Origin: a virus
Taxonomy: Duplodnaviria > Caudoviricetes
Strand: one strand, 5' to 3'
DNA: 30,598 nt
Virus record (IMG/VR): IMGVR_UViG_3300036987_000328
Coordinates: 1-30,598 of that record
Shown here: in pieces, positions 1-8,305 of the stretch
Layout of the letters: every line of letters begins with the position of its first letter
How positions within the stretch are numbered: the stretch's first letter is position 1
Position numbers and translations under genes: made by a program
The notes under the pieces: model-generated
Told to the model about the DNA's origin: nothing
Databases searched by the model: none
The model's input: the letters and a program-made list of their open reading frames with translations, nothing else

Positions 1-874
1 CAGTGTTTTCTGAACCAGTAGCACCTGCAACAATGGAATCGCCAGTTGAATTATAAGCTTCACCACGACCACCACCGACCATGGGCTGACCACCCAGAAG
101 TCCTTTCCCGCTCACGTCAATGGTTCCACCCGGATTAATGTCCAATGTATCAAGCACATTCAAGCGTAATCCAGCAAGCAAACGTGATGAATGTGTCAGC
201 ACGCCGCCATTTAGGATTGTGAGTGTGTGAATCGAATCAGATTCTCCAAATGTTCCATCCTTCACAAAGGTAACACCAGCACCGATTGTTGCATTTTTAG
301 ATGCAATGTATAACCGACAACCTTCTTGTAGGTTGATTGTACCTGACTTAATGTTCATCGTATCTAACACACCAACACTCAGCGTGCTATTGTTCTTTAT
401 GTTGAATGTTCCACCGCTTGTCATTCGAAGATCAGTTCCAACCGGAAATGCTCTATCGACATTAGTCGTAAGTGTAGCACCATCGATGTTAACAACAGGT
501 GTTTGCGCAGCTGTGTTTGTATCCAAGAGAAGAGTAGAGATACTCTCAACGTGCACTTCATTAAATGTTACATTGTCGGATGCGATAGTCTGTAGTCGTG
601 CGCGGTTTCTGAGAGTAAGTGTTTGGAAACTTGGAAGTGCTGACTTCCATGGCGTGAAAAGCGGACAATCGATGCCGTTGTTTGATAGAACGACACTGCC
701 GAGGGGTTGTGCATTATCCTTCAGATAGATTGTTCCAGCCGATGCCGCTACTCCACCCGTACCACTGCGGATATAAAGGTTTGCATCTGGCAAGCTCATT
801 GAATCATAGAAAATTGCAATGCGTCCACCTCCGCCGCAGCCGCCAACATCCCAACTGTAAGCTGCACCGCCTAT
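1..874 (-). pseudogene. Downstream part of an interrupted host gene: large Gly-rich, beta-rich surface/secreted protein
   Basis: The minus frame is open from 874 to the window edge (GGAAYSWDVGGCGGGGRIAIFYDS...AGTIYLKD...GGVLTHS...GGTIDVSGKGLLGG). It continues in frame from 30472-30598 once the prophage and one CTAT are removed. Confidence 0.85.
871..874 (+). repeat. Target-site duplication CTAT, left copy (right copy 30472-30475)
   Basis: ccgc-CTAT-TG...CA-CTAT-cgct; the 5-bp flanks differ (CCTAT vs CTATC). Confidence 0.9.
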
Positions 875-954
875 TGAATATACACACGATAAATGAGAAA
901 ATGACCTACGCAAATTAAGGACTTACAGCCACGATTGCCGAGATAAATGAGAAA
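875..954 (+). repeat. Left end with two putative transposase-binding sites (GATAAATGAGAAA at 888-900 and 942-954)
   Basis: Left end TGAATATACACACGATAAATGAGAAA aligns without gaps to the reverse complement of the right end, TGTATCGTGACGCGATAAATGAGAAA. Confidence 0.9.
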
Positions 955-1044
955 GACGACATTTTTGCCTTTACATAACTTGACTTTTTGAGAAATCACC
1001 GCTCAAAATAAACTAATTTTAACAATTTGACATTTAAAAAAACA

Positions 1045-1122
1045 ACCACGGACATACCACGGACATGACCACGGACATTTTTATTGCGTTTTTAGAGTGC
1101 ATTTGATACCTACCACGGACAT
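1045..1122 (+). repeat. Four direct repeats ACCACGGACAT (1045, 1056, 1068, 1112)
   Basis: Exact 11-bp copies read directly; non-coding region between the left end and the repressor stop codon. Confidence 0.9.
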
Positions 1123-1248
1123 TTTTCGTCTGACATTATTGCAGACTTAAATTGACATACCCAAAACAAGCCAATTTTCGATAGTTTTAAACGTGATATT
1201 ACTCAAATAAACAATAAAACCTAACTCATTAGCTATAAAGGACTTATA

Positions 1249-1671
1249 TTAAGTTTTAGTGTTTTGCCAGCTACTTTTCTTACTAAAACTATCCTTCAGT
1301 TTTTTAAAAGCTTTACCCATTTCGTCCTTCGCTTTATGAAGTTCCATTGCCGACCTTAAATATTCTATTAGTTCGTTGGTATCTGCCGGATAATCCATAA
1401 TCTCTTTTATAAAAACCTGGACTTCTTCTGGTAGCTCCTGGGGGGTATCACTATTATAGTATATAGTACCTTTTCCCGTGAGCAACCAATTAACATTTAC
1501 TCCTTTGTCTGCTAGTTTTTTTAAAAAGTCGGCTGCGGGGATACGATCTCCTCCTAAATAATTGTTTATTCTCGCGGGAGATTCATTATATAAAATGGCG
1601 AAATCCTTCTGTTTTTGCGCTCCAATAAGTAATAGTATACGTTGTGAAATATTTTTTAAACTATCGTTCAC
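1249..1671 (-). CDS. Prophage repressor, XRE-type HTH, no visible S24 peptidase domain
   Basis: QKDFAILYNESPARINNYLGGDRIPAADFLKKLADKGVNVNWLLTGKG; leftmost gene, divergent from a Ner/Cro-like gene as in Mu. Confidence 0.85.
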   Translation of the reverse strand: MNDSLKNISQRILLLIGAQKQKDFAILYNESPARINNYLGGDRIPAADFLKKLADKGVNVNWLLTGKGTIYYNSDTPQELPEEVQVFIKEIMDYPADTNELIEYLRSAMELHKAKDEMGKAFKKLKDSFSKKSSWQNTKT

Positions 1672-1678
1672 TTTTTGC

Positions 1679-1707
1679 TTGACAAATCAACAAAAGTTTA
1701 TTATATT
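1679..1707 (+). promoter_or_regulatory. Early lytic promoter, TTGACA-17-TATATT
   Basis: Near-consensus hexamers 40 bp upstream of the Ner-like gene; imperfect palindrome GGTGATAATTTTACC at 1711-1725 is a candidate operator. Confidence 0.7.
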
Positions 1708-1746
1708 GCTGGTGATAATTTTACCCATTAATTTTAAAGCTTTTTT

Positions 1747-2076
1747 ATGATAGATATTAATCTCATTAACAAGTCTGAACTTTCGCGGCGACTGGGAATC
1801 TCTGTTATGTACACTCACAACCTGCTTAACGGCTTCCGGCACAGTAAAAAACGGCTGCAGCAAATTGCCGATATGCTGCACTTACCAATCGAAAACTTAA
1901 AGCACCAAATTAAACAATACGGGCGGACTCACGCCGAGCGGACGCATAAAATCCGTAAGGTGAATGTTCTTTCTAAACCTCGAAAAACATACTCGATCAA
2001 TCAAAGACACGTACCCCGCGTTAAACAGGGAGAGTCCGTCCATAATTTAACAAAATCGAAAGCTATTGTCAATTAA
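1747..2076 (+). CDS. Ner/Cro-like HTH regulator
   Basis: INKSELSRRLGISVMYTHNLLNG HTH; first gene of the early operon. Confidence 0.75.
   Translation: MIDINLINKSELSRRLGISVMYTHNLLNGFRHSKKRLQQIADMLHLPIENLKHQIKQYGRTHAERTHKIRKVNVLSKPRKTYSINQRHVPRVKQGESVHNLTKSKAIVN
2044..2072 (-). promoter_or_regulatory. Leftward promoter TTGACA-17-TAAATT with extended TG; candidate repressor promoter
   Basis: Minus strand ttgaca atagctttcgattttgt taaatt; points through the Ner-like gene toward the repressor. Confidence 0.55.
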
Positions 2077-2114
2077 AATAAGCTTAAAAGATTATAACAG
2101 GGTTAACTGAGCTT

Positions 2115-2552
2115 ATGAAAACACAAATACTTGATCTCAGAGGTTTTGGCCAAACGGAATTAATTATTCCCGAGGATTATTTTACAGATACCATTATTCC
2201 CATGATAAGGGAACAAGACAAAAAAATAGCAGCATTATATAGCTCATTAAGACCGAGATTGCCAGAGACCGTCACATCTCAAACTTCGTGTATAGTTCTT
2301 GTTCTAGAACCTCTAACGTTTTTTGAACGTCTTGTAATAAAACGTCATACGTTAAATGTTCGTATCCCGGTCGAGACACCCACAGGATCTCTTGAATTAA
2401 ATGGCGTACTTTTTTACGCCCCTCCGCCGCCAAAAGGTACTCGTTATCAAAAAAAATATCCAGGATTTTTTGCCTTCGTTCTTCAAAAACTTCAGGCATG
2501 TTTAAAACTGATATGGTCCTTTCTGTCGGGGACTTTCCTCCGGTCAAATTAA
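2115..2552 (+). CDS. Hypothetical protein; 3' part overlaps the antisense gene 2272-2727
   Basis: 145-codon ORF in operon orientation; weak RBS. Confidence 0.4.
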   Translation: MKTQILDLRGFGQTELIIPEDYFTDTIIPMIREQDKKIAALYSSLRPRLPETVTSQTSCIVLVLEPLTFFERLVIKRHTLNVRIPVETPTGSLELNGVLFYAPPPPKGTRYQKKYPGFFAFVLQKLQACLKLIWSFLSGTFLRSN

Positions 2553-2727
2553 ATCGATTCAGTATGCTTAACAACCCTAAATATAAATCTAATTGTCTGG
2601 CGGCTACGTCTCTGCTTATCTCATACTTGTGTTGTTTTTTGAGTTTAATTAAATCGAACTGGCTTTGTAAATATGAACCTATCATGCCGCTTACAAGTCC
2701 TATAATAATTAAAACTATTGGTTCCAT
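2272..2727 (-). CDS. Antisense accessory (moron) gene: N-terminal TM helix plus helical domain, 151 aa
   Basis: Start reassigned to ATG 2727 (MEPIVLIIIGLVSGMIGSYL) after an AGGAGAAG RBS; has its own promoter. Confidence 0.75.
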   Translation of the reverse strand: MEPIVLIIIGLVSGMIGSYLQSQFDLIKLKKQHKYEISRDVAARQLDLYLGLLSILNRFNLTGGKSPTERTISVLNMPEVFEERRQKILDIFFDNEYLLAAEGRKKVRHLIQEILWVSRPGYEHLTYDVLLQDVQKTLEVLEQELYTKFEM

Positions 2728-2772
2728 AACTTCTCCTATGGTTTGTGAAATATGATTAACCACTACAGTTAT

Positions 2773-2801
2773 AAAGTAACAAACCATAGCGAGAATTTCA
2801 A
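2773..2801 (-). promoter_or_regulatory. Promoter TTGAAA-17-TACTTT for 2272-2727
   Basis: The -10 region and leader are shared with the 11118-11146 promoter. Confidence 0.65.
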
Positions 2802-2810
2802 GGAGGGTAA

Positions 2811-3266
2811 ATGAACACCATTAAAACACATCTTTACAAATCGATTCACCGCTCAAAAAAGAGCGCCGCGCAAATTGCCGACGAGATCGGTATATCATAC
2901 AGTTATTTATGCCGCGCCGGACTGCCGACTGATGAGAACGGAGTACGTTTCCCGGTTGAGTTGATGGTCCCGCTTATGAAGTCATGCGGCAACTACGATT
3001 TACTAAAACACATCGCCGGACTTGCGGGCTATCTTACCGTAAAAATTCCACACGCATTCAACGATAAAAAGGATGAGGTATCGGCTCTCAACGAATACAA
3101 CGAGCTATGTACCGAAGCCGCAAAAAATATGATGAAGTTTTTTAAAAAACCATCCGACACGCAGATGCAATTAACTATAGATTCGCTTCAAAGAGTAATG
3201 GAGATTTCAGCCGGACTCCAGAAGCGAATTAAAAACTTTAACCAATACGATTTGGAGTTAGAATGA
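2811..3266 (+). CDS. Phage regulatory CII (186/CP76-like) family protein
   Basis: AAQIADEIGISYSYLCR HTH followed by RFPVELMVPLMKSCGNYDLLKHIA; AGGAGG RBS. Confidence 0.7.
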   Translation: MNTIKTHLYKSIHRSKKSAAQIADEIGISYSYLCRAGLPTDENGVRFPVELMVPLMKSCGNYDLLKHIAGLAGYLTVKIPHAFNDKKDEVSALNEYNELCTEAAKNMMKFFKKPSDTQMQLTIDSLQRVMEISAGLQKRIKNFNQYDLELE

Positions 3267-3574
3267 TTATGAATAAATCTCTTGCAAATAAGGTAGCTCG
3301 AAATAATCGTCGGGCCGAATCAAACAAGCAAAGCCAGCAAGAAGTATCTGATCGTCAGAAGATGACCGAGCAGAATGCTGCAACATTAAAAGAATATCAT
3401 GCACTTGAGAAATCTTGTCGTAAGCTAAGGATAAAACACGGACTTGATCCTTCGCATCCAGAGACAATGGATTCATATATGCGTATGCGTCTTCGGCGCG
3501 CAAAACAAAGAGAACGTAATCGCGTAAACGCCCGAAAGCGACGTGCTTCCTCTTCCCAAGCAAAGAAGGGATAA
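3263..3574 (+). CDS. Basic Arg-rich hypothetical protein overlapping the antisense gene 3267-3674
   Basis: ATGA coupling with the CII-like stop codon; helical, charged sequence. Confidence 0.5.
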   Translation: MIMNKSLANKVARNNRRAESNKQSQQEVSDRQKMTEQNAATLKEYHALEKSCRKLRIKHGLDPSHPETMDSYMRMRLRRAKQRERNRVNARKRRASSSQAKKG

Positions 3575-3674
3575 CTACATGATGCTTTTTTGCAACTTTT
3601 GTCATAACAGTTTTAATATTTTTCGATTTGCGATCTGCGAGGTCTATCAACGCCTTGAGTCTTTTATCGTCCAT
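3267..3674 (-). CDS. Antisense hypothetical protein, 135 aa
   Basis: ATG start with AAAGGGTG upstream; promoter TTGTGA-17-TATATT at 3723-3695. Confidence 0.55.
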   Translation of the reverse strand: MDDKRLKALIDLADRKSKNIKTVMTKVAKKHHVVIPSLLGKRKHVAFGRLRDYVLFVLRAEDAYAYMNPLSLDAKDQVRVLSLAYDKISQVHDILLMLQHSARSSSDDQILLAGFACLIRPDDYFELPYLQEIYS

Positions 3675-3694
3675 ACTGCACCCTTTTTAATCGT

Positions 3695-3723
3695 AATATA
3701 CTAATGAACAACGATTCTCACAA
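3695..3723 (-). promoter_or_regulatory. Promoter TTGTGA-17-TATATT for 3267-3674
   Basis: Hexamers and 17-bp spacer read directly. Confidence 0.5.
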
Positions 3724-3742
3724 ATATAGAAAGTAACGGGTA

Positions 3743-5524
3743 TTGATGCTAACATTCCAACAATTTGCCGAAAAAAATAATCTGAGCCTGCGCCACGTGC
3801 GGAGATTAGCCGACCAAAACGGTTACAAACTTATAGTGCATAAAGGTATAGAATATCACTTAACCCGCATCGGCAGGCACGCTAATAATCAGTATGATAA
3901 TTTTGTGGTCGATGAGCGCGACGGTTTAAACAAAAAACATCTCTCCGCGGACGAGAAGCTGCAGTTAAAATTTAAACTCGAACGCGGCGATGACCCGAAA
4001 AATTTAGCCGTTGAGTTTGGGATTTCGATCGCGTCCATCTATCGCGTAAAAAAGAACACCGAACGTAAGGTACGCGCCGATGCCGGCGAAAAGAAATACG
4101 GCTTGCCTCCGAACGCTAAAGGTATTTTTGAAAGCGCGTATTTATCGAACGCACAGCATAATGCGCGTCTTGCTTACGAGTATGCCGTTAAACATATCGG
4201 CGGTATATATTTTCCGTACCGCTACGCTCTTGAATGGGCTAACGAGCTAAAGTCGCTGCATTCCTTCACTCACTATGCGAGCAAGTTTGAATCCGAATTT
4301 AACTTCCACATCAGGCGCGACCTGTGGGCAGAGTTCGAGTTTATGCAGTGTGTTGTTTGGGACGTATGGAAAGCCGACGACTGGGTAATTTACAAAGGCA
4401 AAGATGTGCAGCCGCGCGTTGTGGTTGGCGTCGAGTTGAAGACCGGAATACCGGTTACCTGGAAAGCATTCCCGCACGAGCCAAATGGCGAAGACATAAA
4501 TAGTGTTATGCTTGAGTTTGTTTTCAAGTGGGGAGTCCCGGAAACGATACTTTTAGATAATGGTCGTGAATTTAAAAATGAACAGGTCTTGCGCTTTGTT
4601 TCCGGTTGGTGGGATACGGAACAGCATGAGCGCAAGCGCCGCATTATATTCTCTGAAGCTTACAACCCGCGCTCGAAGGGACGGCTTGAGAGATTATTTA
4701 AAATAATGAAGGATGAACATTGTGCATTTTCAGCCGCTTACTCTCCTAATCCTAAGGAAAGTCGTAAACCTACACTACAGCTTTCACACGTCAAAGCCGA
4801 TAAAACTCTCAAAGAATTCTGCGCCGGCCTGGACGATTTTATGAATAACGGATTGTTAGACCGTCAGAGAACTATGTGGTTCAACAATAATTATACCCGG
4901 AGTCACGCGATAAATGAGAACCGTCCCAGGACAATGAGAGAAGCGGTGGATAGATGTTACAGCTCTTATGAACCGCGTAAAATTGAGAGCACAAAACTCG
5001 CATTCCTCTACGCCAAAAAATTCACAAAGAATTTACGCAACGCTGCTTTTAAAGTAACTTATGCCGGCGAGCGCTTTATGTATTTGCCCGATGATTTACC
5101 GTTCGAGCGCTTCCATGAAACGTTCGATATACTGCTCGATCCTGTAAATGTCGGTCACGCTTATGTCTGCGATTTAAAAGGTGTAATGGTTTGCGAAGCT
5201 TGGGATTTGCGTTATAAGAATGTAGGTCTAAGTCGTGAACAAGCAGCGGAAGCCAAGAAATACAATTATCGGATAAAAAAAGCAGCAAAACATCGCTCAG
5301 AGCTGATAAACGATTTAAACAAAGTGGCTCCGTCTGTTGCGAAAAGACATATCGTCAAGGAGACAGTACCGGTTGATAACATCGAGGAATCATTGTACGG
5401 CGGATTAAAAGTGGAACCCAGTGCAATTGAGATGGACTCCGAATACCAAGAAATTTATGAACAGGTGTATTCAAATATCTATAAACAAACAGGAGATGGT
5501 GATGAACAATTTAGTGAAAACTAA
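3743..5524 (+). CDS. MuA-like DDE transposase
   Basis: N-terminal HTH motifs and RKVRADAG linker; catalytic VVWDVW, ILLDNGREF and SKGRLERLF motifs; start TTG 3743 or ATG 3746. Confidence 0.92.
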   Translation: MMLTFQQFAEKNNLSLRHVRRLADQNGYKLIVHKGIEYHLTRIGRHANNQYDNFVVDERDGLNKKHLSADEKLQLKFKLERGDDPKNLAVEFGISIASIYRVKKNTERKVRADAGEKKYGLPPNAKGIFESAYLSNAQHNARLAYEYAVKHIGGIYFPYRYALEWANELKSLHSFTHYASKFESEFNFHIRRDLWAEFEFMQCVVWDVWKADDWVIYKGKDVQPRVVVGVELKTGIPVTWKAFPHEPNGEDINSVMLEFVFKWGVPETILLDNGREFKNEQVLRFVSGWWDTEQHERKRRIIFSEAYNPRSKGRLERLFKIMKDEHCAFSAAYSPNPKESRKPTLQLSHVKADKTLKEFCAGLDDFMNNGLLDRQRTMWFNNNYTRSHAINENRPRTMREAVDRCYSSYEPRKIESTKLAFLYAKKFTKNLRNAAFKVTYAGERFMYLPDDLPFERFHETFDILLDPVNVGHAYVCDLKGVMVCEAWDLRYKNVGLSREQAAEAKKYNYRIKKAAKHRSELINDLNKVAPSVAKRHIVKETVPVDNIEESLYGGLKVEPSAIEMDSEYQEIYEQVYSNIYKQTGDGDEQFSEN

Positions 5525-5843
5525 CGGCAGTAAAAAAGAGTTGATGTCAGAATTAATCGGCATCGAGAATAAACTCGCTACAATAATCGAGCGCGTGGTT
5601 GATTTAGACGACGAAAAGAAAGCCCTGCAGCTGGAGCTTAAAGCTACGCGCCAAGCTAAACGCCTTAAAGAGAATAGAATGGAAGCGAGAGGTTTAAATG
5701 AAGTATTACAACAGGCGGTCGGTGCGCAGAGAGTTTTAAAACGAGCGTTAAAAAAAATCGGCATTGAGATACAGCCGACAAAGCTTGACCAAATAATGCA
5801 GGATGGAACAAAAGCCAAACTGCTTGAACATGTAACAATATAA
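5502..5843 (+). CDS. Coiled-coil hypothetical protein in the position MuB normally occupies
   Basis: AGGAG at 5491, ATG 5502; heptad-rich; no Walker A motif. Confidence 0.7.
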   Translation: MNNLVKTNGSKKELMSELIGIENKLATIIERVVDLDDEKKALQLELKATRQAKRLKENRMEARGLNEVLQQAVGAQRVLKRALKKIGIEIQPTKLDQIMQDGTKAKLLEHVTI

Positions 5844-5854
5844 GGAGAACAACC

Positions 5855-6130
5855 ATGAGTGACGGCACACTCGAAACGGTAGTAAAAAAAATGAGAGACG
5901 AGGTTAATGAAATGAACGCCTTAATTTCTCACACATCGGAAAAAGCGGCAGCACTAAAGGAAAGCGTAGCCACATACAACCGGCTTAAGTTCGAAGAGGG
6001 CAGGTTAAAAAAAGAAATGAAGCGCATCAATGGACATGTCGAATTTATTATAGACATGCACAAAAAAATCACTGGTAACTTCCCCGATGGGATATTCCCG
6101 TTATTTAACCAACCGGAATCGGGCCGTTGA
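5855..6130 (+). CDS. Coiled-coil hypothetical protein
   Basis: TAAGGAG RBS; operon packing. Confidence 0.75.
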   Translation: MSDGTLETVVKKMRDEVNEMNALISHTSEKAAALKESVATYNRLKFEEGRLKKEMKRINGHVEFIIDMHKKITGNFPDGIFPLFNQPESGR

Positions 6131-6654
6131 AAATCCAAATAGAAAATACCGAGGCAGGAAAGGTTTATGTTGGCATGACGCTAAGCGGACGCAAGTATCG
6201 CGGCGCATCGATGGATGAAGTCAACCGCAAATACCTGCTCGCGATCCTTCACATGCATAAAAAACAAATCGGAGACGAAGTATTCACAGACCTCTGCGCA
6301 AGTATGTTCAGTGGCAGAACACATCTCTCCGATTTGACGATTGCAGAAATGTATAAATTAAAATCTACACTGGTGGATGCGGTTAGGTTCGGCGAGAAGA
6401 TAGAGAATTCACAACAGATAGAGCCGATGATAACCGTTCGCCAAAGGAAAAGTATTATCCGGTTAGGTCGTTATGTACTCGGCGAGCATTACGGTAAAGA
6501 TTGGTTCTGGAAAAAGCTGAACGAATGGACGAAAAAATCAAAATTAGACGACCTGACGGTTGCAGAAGCGCGTTATGTTATTGAAAGGCTTGAAAAAATT
6601 GAGAAACGTCTTGGTATTGAAAAGCAGAGAGCGGCAAATGGCAAAGAAATCTAA
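6127..6654 (+). CDS. GemA / Mu gp16-like (DUF1018-like) protein
   Basis: Two related motifs, HLSDLTIAEMYKL and KLDDLTVAEARYVIERL; position in the early operon. Confidence 0.65.
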   Translation: MKIQIENTEAGKVYVGMTLSGRKYRGASMDEVNRKYLLAILHMHKKQIGDEVFTDLCASMFSGRTHLSDLTIAEMYKLKSTLVDAVRFGEKIENSQQIEPMITVRQRKSIIRLGRYVLGEHYGKDWFWKKLNEWTKKSKLDDLTVAEARYVIERLEKIEKRLGIEKQRAANGKEI

Positions 6655-6859
6655 AACGAAAAGACAAAACACCCGGCGCTTACGTCCGGTTAAATGTGTT
6701 GGTTGCGGTTGCACCCAGAGTAAGCCGTGCATAATAGCCGGGAAGGCTTGTAGATGGATTTTTATCTCTACAAAATTCTCCGCTGGGATATGCAGCTCAT
6801 GTGTTCATGTCCCCGGAATAATGGAAAAATTTATTAAAAAGGCAATCTCGAATATTTAA
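6638..6859 (+). CDS. Small Cys-rich, probably Zn-binding protein
   Basis: CVGCGCT...PC...CRW...GICSSC; start reassigned to ATG 6638. Confidence 0.65.
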   Translation: MAKKSKTKRQNTRRLRPVKCVGCGCTQSKPCIIAGKACRWIFISTKFSAGICSSCVHVPGIMEKFIKKAISNI

Positions 6860-6861
6860 CC

Positions 6862-7380
6862 ATGAAAACGAGTTCTAAAATAATCTGGAAGAGCAAAATA
6901 TTCCCTGACATGGTTTTTACCGAGCAGATGCTCGCAGTTTATAAAACTGCTTATCCGAATATCAAGTCGTTTCAACCTGAACTTCTCAAGGCTGAGGCAT
7001 GGCTTGTCTCTAACCCGGAGAGAGTGCCTGAAAGCCGTTGGGGACGTTTCGTGAATAACTGGATGCGCATAGCCAATCAAATTGCGGAAGAGTATAAGAA
7101 TAAAACTCCCGGCGCTTACAGAGAGCCTTCACGCCGCACCGGTGGAAACAATAAAGAAGTATTATCGTTGGGACAAATTTTAAACAAGGCACGTGGACAC
7201 GACCTACAAACAACTTCCCCGCCGGATAACGGTCAGTCGATAGACCGGTCCGGTAATGCAGATGCGCCCGGAGATACACGGGCTTCTATCACCTCCTCCA
7301 TCGCGCCCGGAGCCACTATATCCGGGCGTGGTATATTCAACAACAACTATTCATTATTTATTAAACCCAAAATCAATTAG
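6862..7380 (+). CDS. Hypothetical protein resembling the C-terminal domain of phage replication initiators, with a low-complexity tail
   Basis: AYPNI...ELLKAEAWLVSNPER...WGRFVNNWM motif. Confidence 0.55.
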   Translation: MKTSSKIIWKSKIFPDMVFTEQMLAVYKTAYPNIKSFQPELLKAEAWLVSNPERVPESRWGRFVNNWMRIANQIAEEYKNKTPGAYREPSRRTGGNNKEVLSLGQILNKARGHDLQTTSPPDNGQSIDRSGNADAPGDTRASITSSIAPGATISGRGIFNNNYSLFIKPKIN

Positions 7381-7388
7381 GAGATACA

Positions 7389-7898
7389 ATGGCAAAACAA
7401 AAAACAGCTACAAAATCAAACCTTACGTCTTTCACTGACGTTGATAACAATCTCAGACTTATAGCTCTGAATCAAAGCTTCACAAAAAAGAAAGAAGCGG
7501 AGATGAATAAGCAGATGCTCGAGATACAAAAACGTTTCGAGGAAGATACACGCGAAGCTCGCGAACAGGTAATGGCTATGGAGAAAGACATCGAGCTTTA
7601 TTGCAACGAGCATCGAGATGAATTCGTGGAATCCAAAACCATTACGCTCAACTTTGGGATAGTAAGTTTCCGGTTGACACCTCCAAAACTTACAACACTC
7701 AGGGGCTTTACGTGGGATACGGTTCTCGCGCTGATGAAAAAACTGAAGCTTACAGACTACATTAAAATTTCAGAAGGCGTGGATAAGGAAAAGCTCAAAA
7801 CTGAAATTACCGATGCGAAAGACCTTGCTACGATCGGATTACAGCTCGCACAGTCGGAACAGTTTTACTACGAAGTAAACGAGACGCCGATTATCTAA
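7389..7898 (+). CDS. gam: Mu Gam-like host-nuclease inhibitor
   Basis: Long N-terminal coiled coil, then SKTITLNFGIVSFRLTPP...VDKEKLK...IGLQLAQSEQFYYE; AGGAG RBS. Confidence 0.88.
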   Translation: MAKQKTATKSNLTSFTDVDNNLRLIALNQSFTKKKEAEMNKQMLEIQKRFEEDTREAREQVMAMEKDIELYCNEHRDEFVESKTITLNFGIVSFRLTPPKLTTLRGFTWDTVLALMKKLKLTDYIKISEGVDKEKLKTEITDAKDLATIGLQLAQSEQFYYEVNETPII

Positions 7899-8305
7899 TG
7901 GCTCGTTACCGAAAAGGCAGGCTCATAGGAGAAATCATCAAGCAGTTGCCGACTGCCGGCATGCCTTTATTCGAATTTTCTCGTAACGATGTGCGGGATT
8001 CTAAAATCAAGGTCGCACCAAAACAGATCGAAACCGGAGCAGACCGGCGCGATGAAAGCTATAAAATCGTTTGCAACAATTTACCGATTAGCCAGAAAAT
8101 AGTTTACGATGCTTTTAAAGAATTAGGCTTTGCAACTGACCGTGAAGTATCAGTCTATTTTAATATACCGGTTAACAAAGTAACGGCGCGCCGGAATGAG
8201 CTGCTGGAGTTAGGACTTATGGTTAAAGCCGGAGAAATATTTGACGAAGAAACTAAACGCGAAGTGAACACATGGAAAATAAAAGGAGACAAAACTAATG
8301 GATAA
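7898..8305 (+). CDS. Winged-helix DNA-binding protein
   Basis: ATDREVSVYFNIPVNKVTARRNELLELGLM. Confidence 0.7.
   Translation: MARYRKGRLIGEIIKQLPTAGMPLFEFSRNDVRDSKIKVAPKQIETGADRRDESYKIVCNNLPISQKIVYDAFKELGFATDREVSVYFNIPVNKVTARRNELLELGLMVKAGEIFDEETKREVNTWKIKGDKTNG

Noticed and set aside
306-918. Plus-strand ORFs 306-728 and 682-918
   Set aside because: Shadows of the open minus-strand host gene; the second also crosses the prophage boundary.
1045-1122. Possible CRISPR array
   Set aside because: The repeats are only 11 bp, mostly adjacent, with no spacers and no cas genes.
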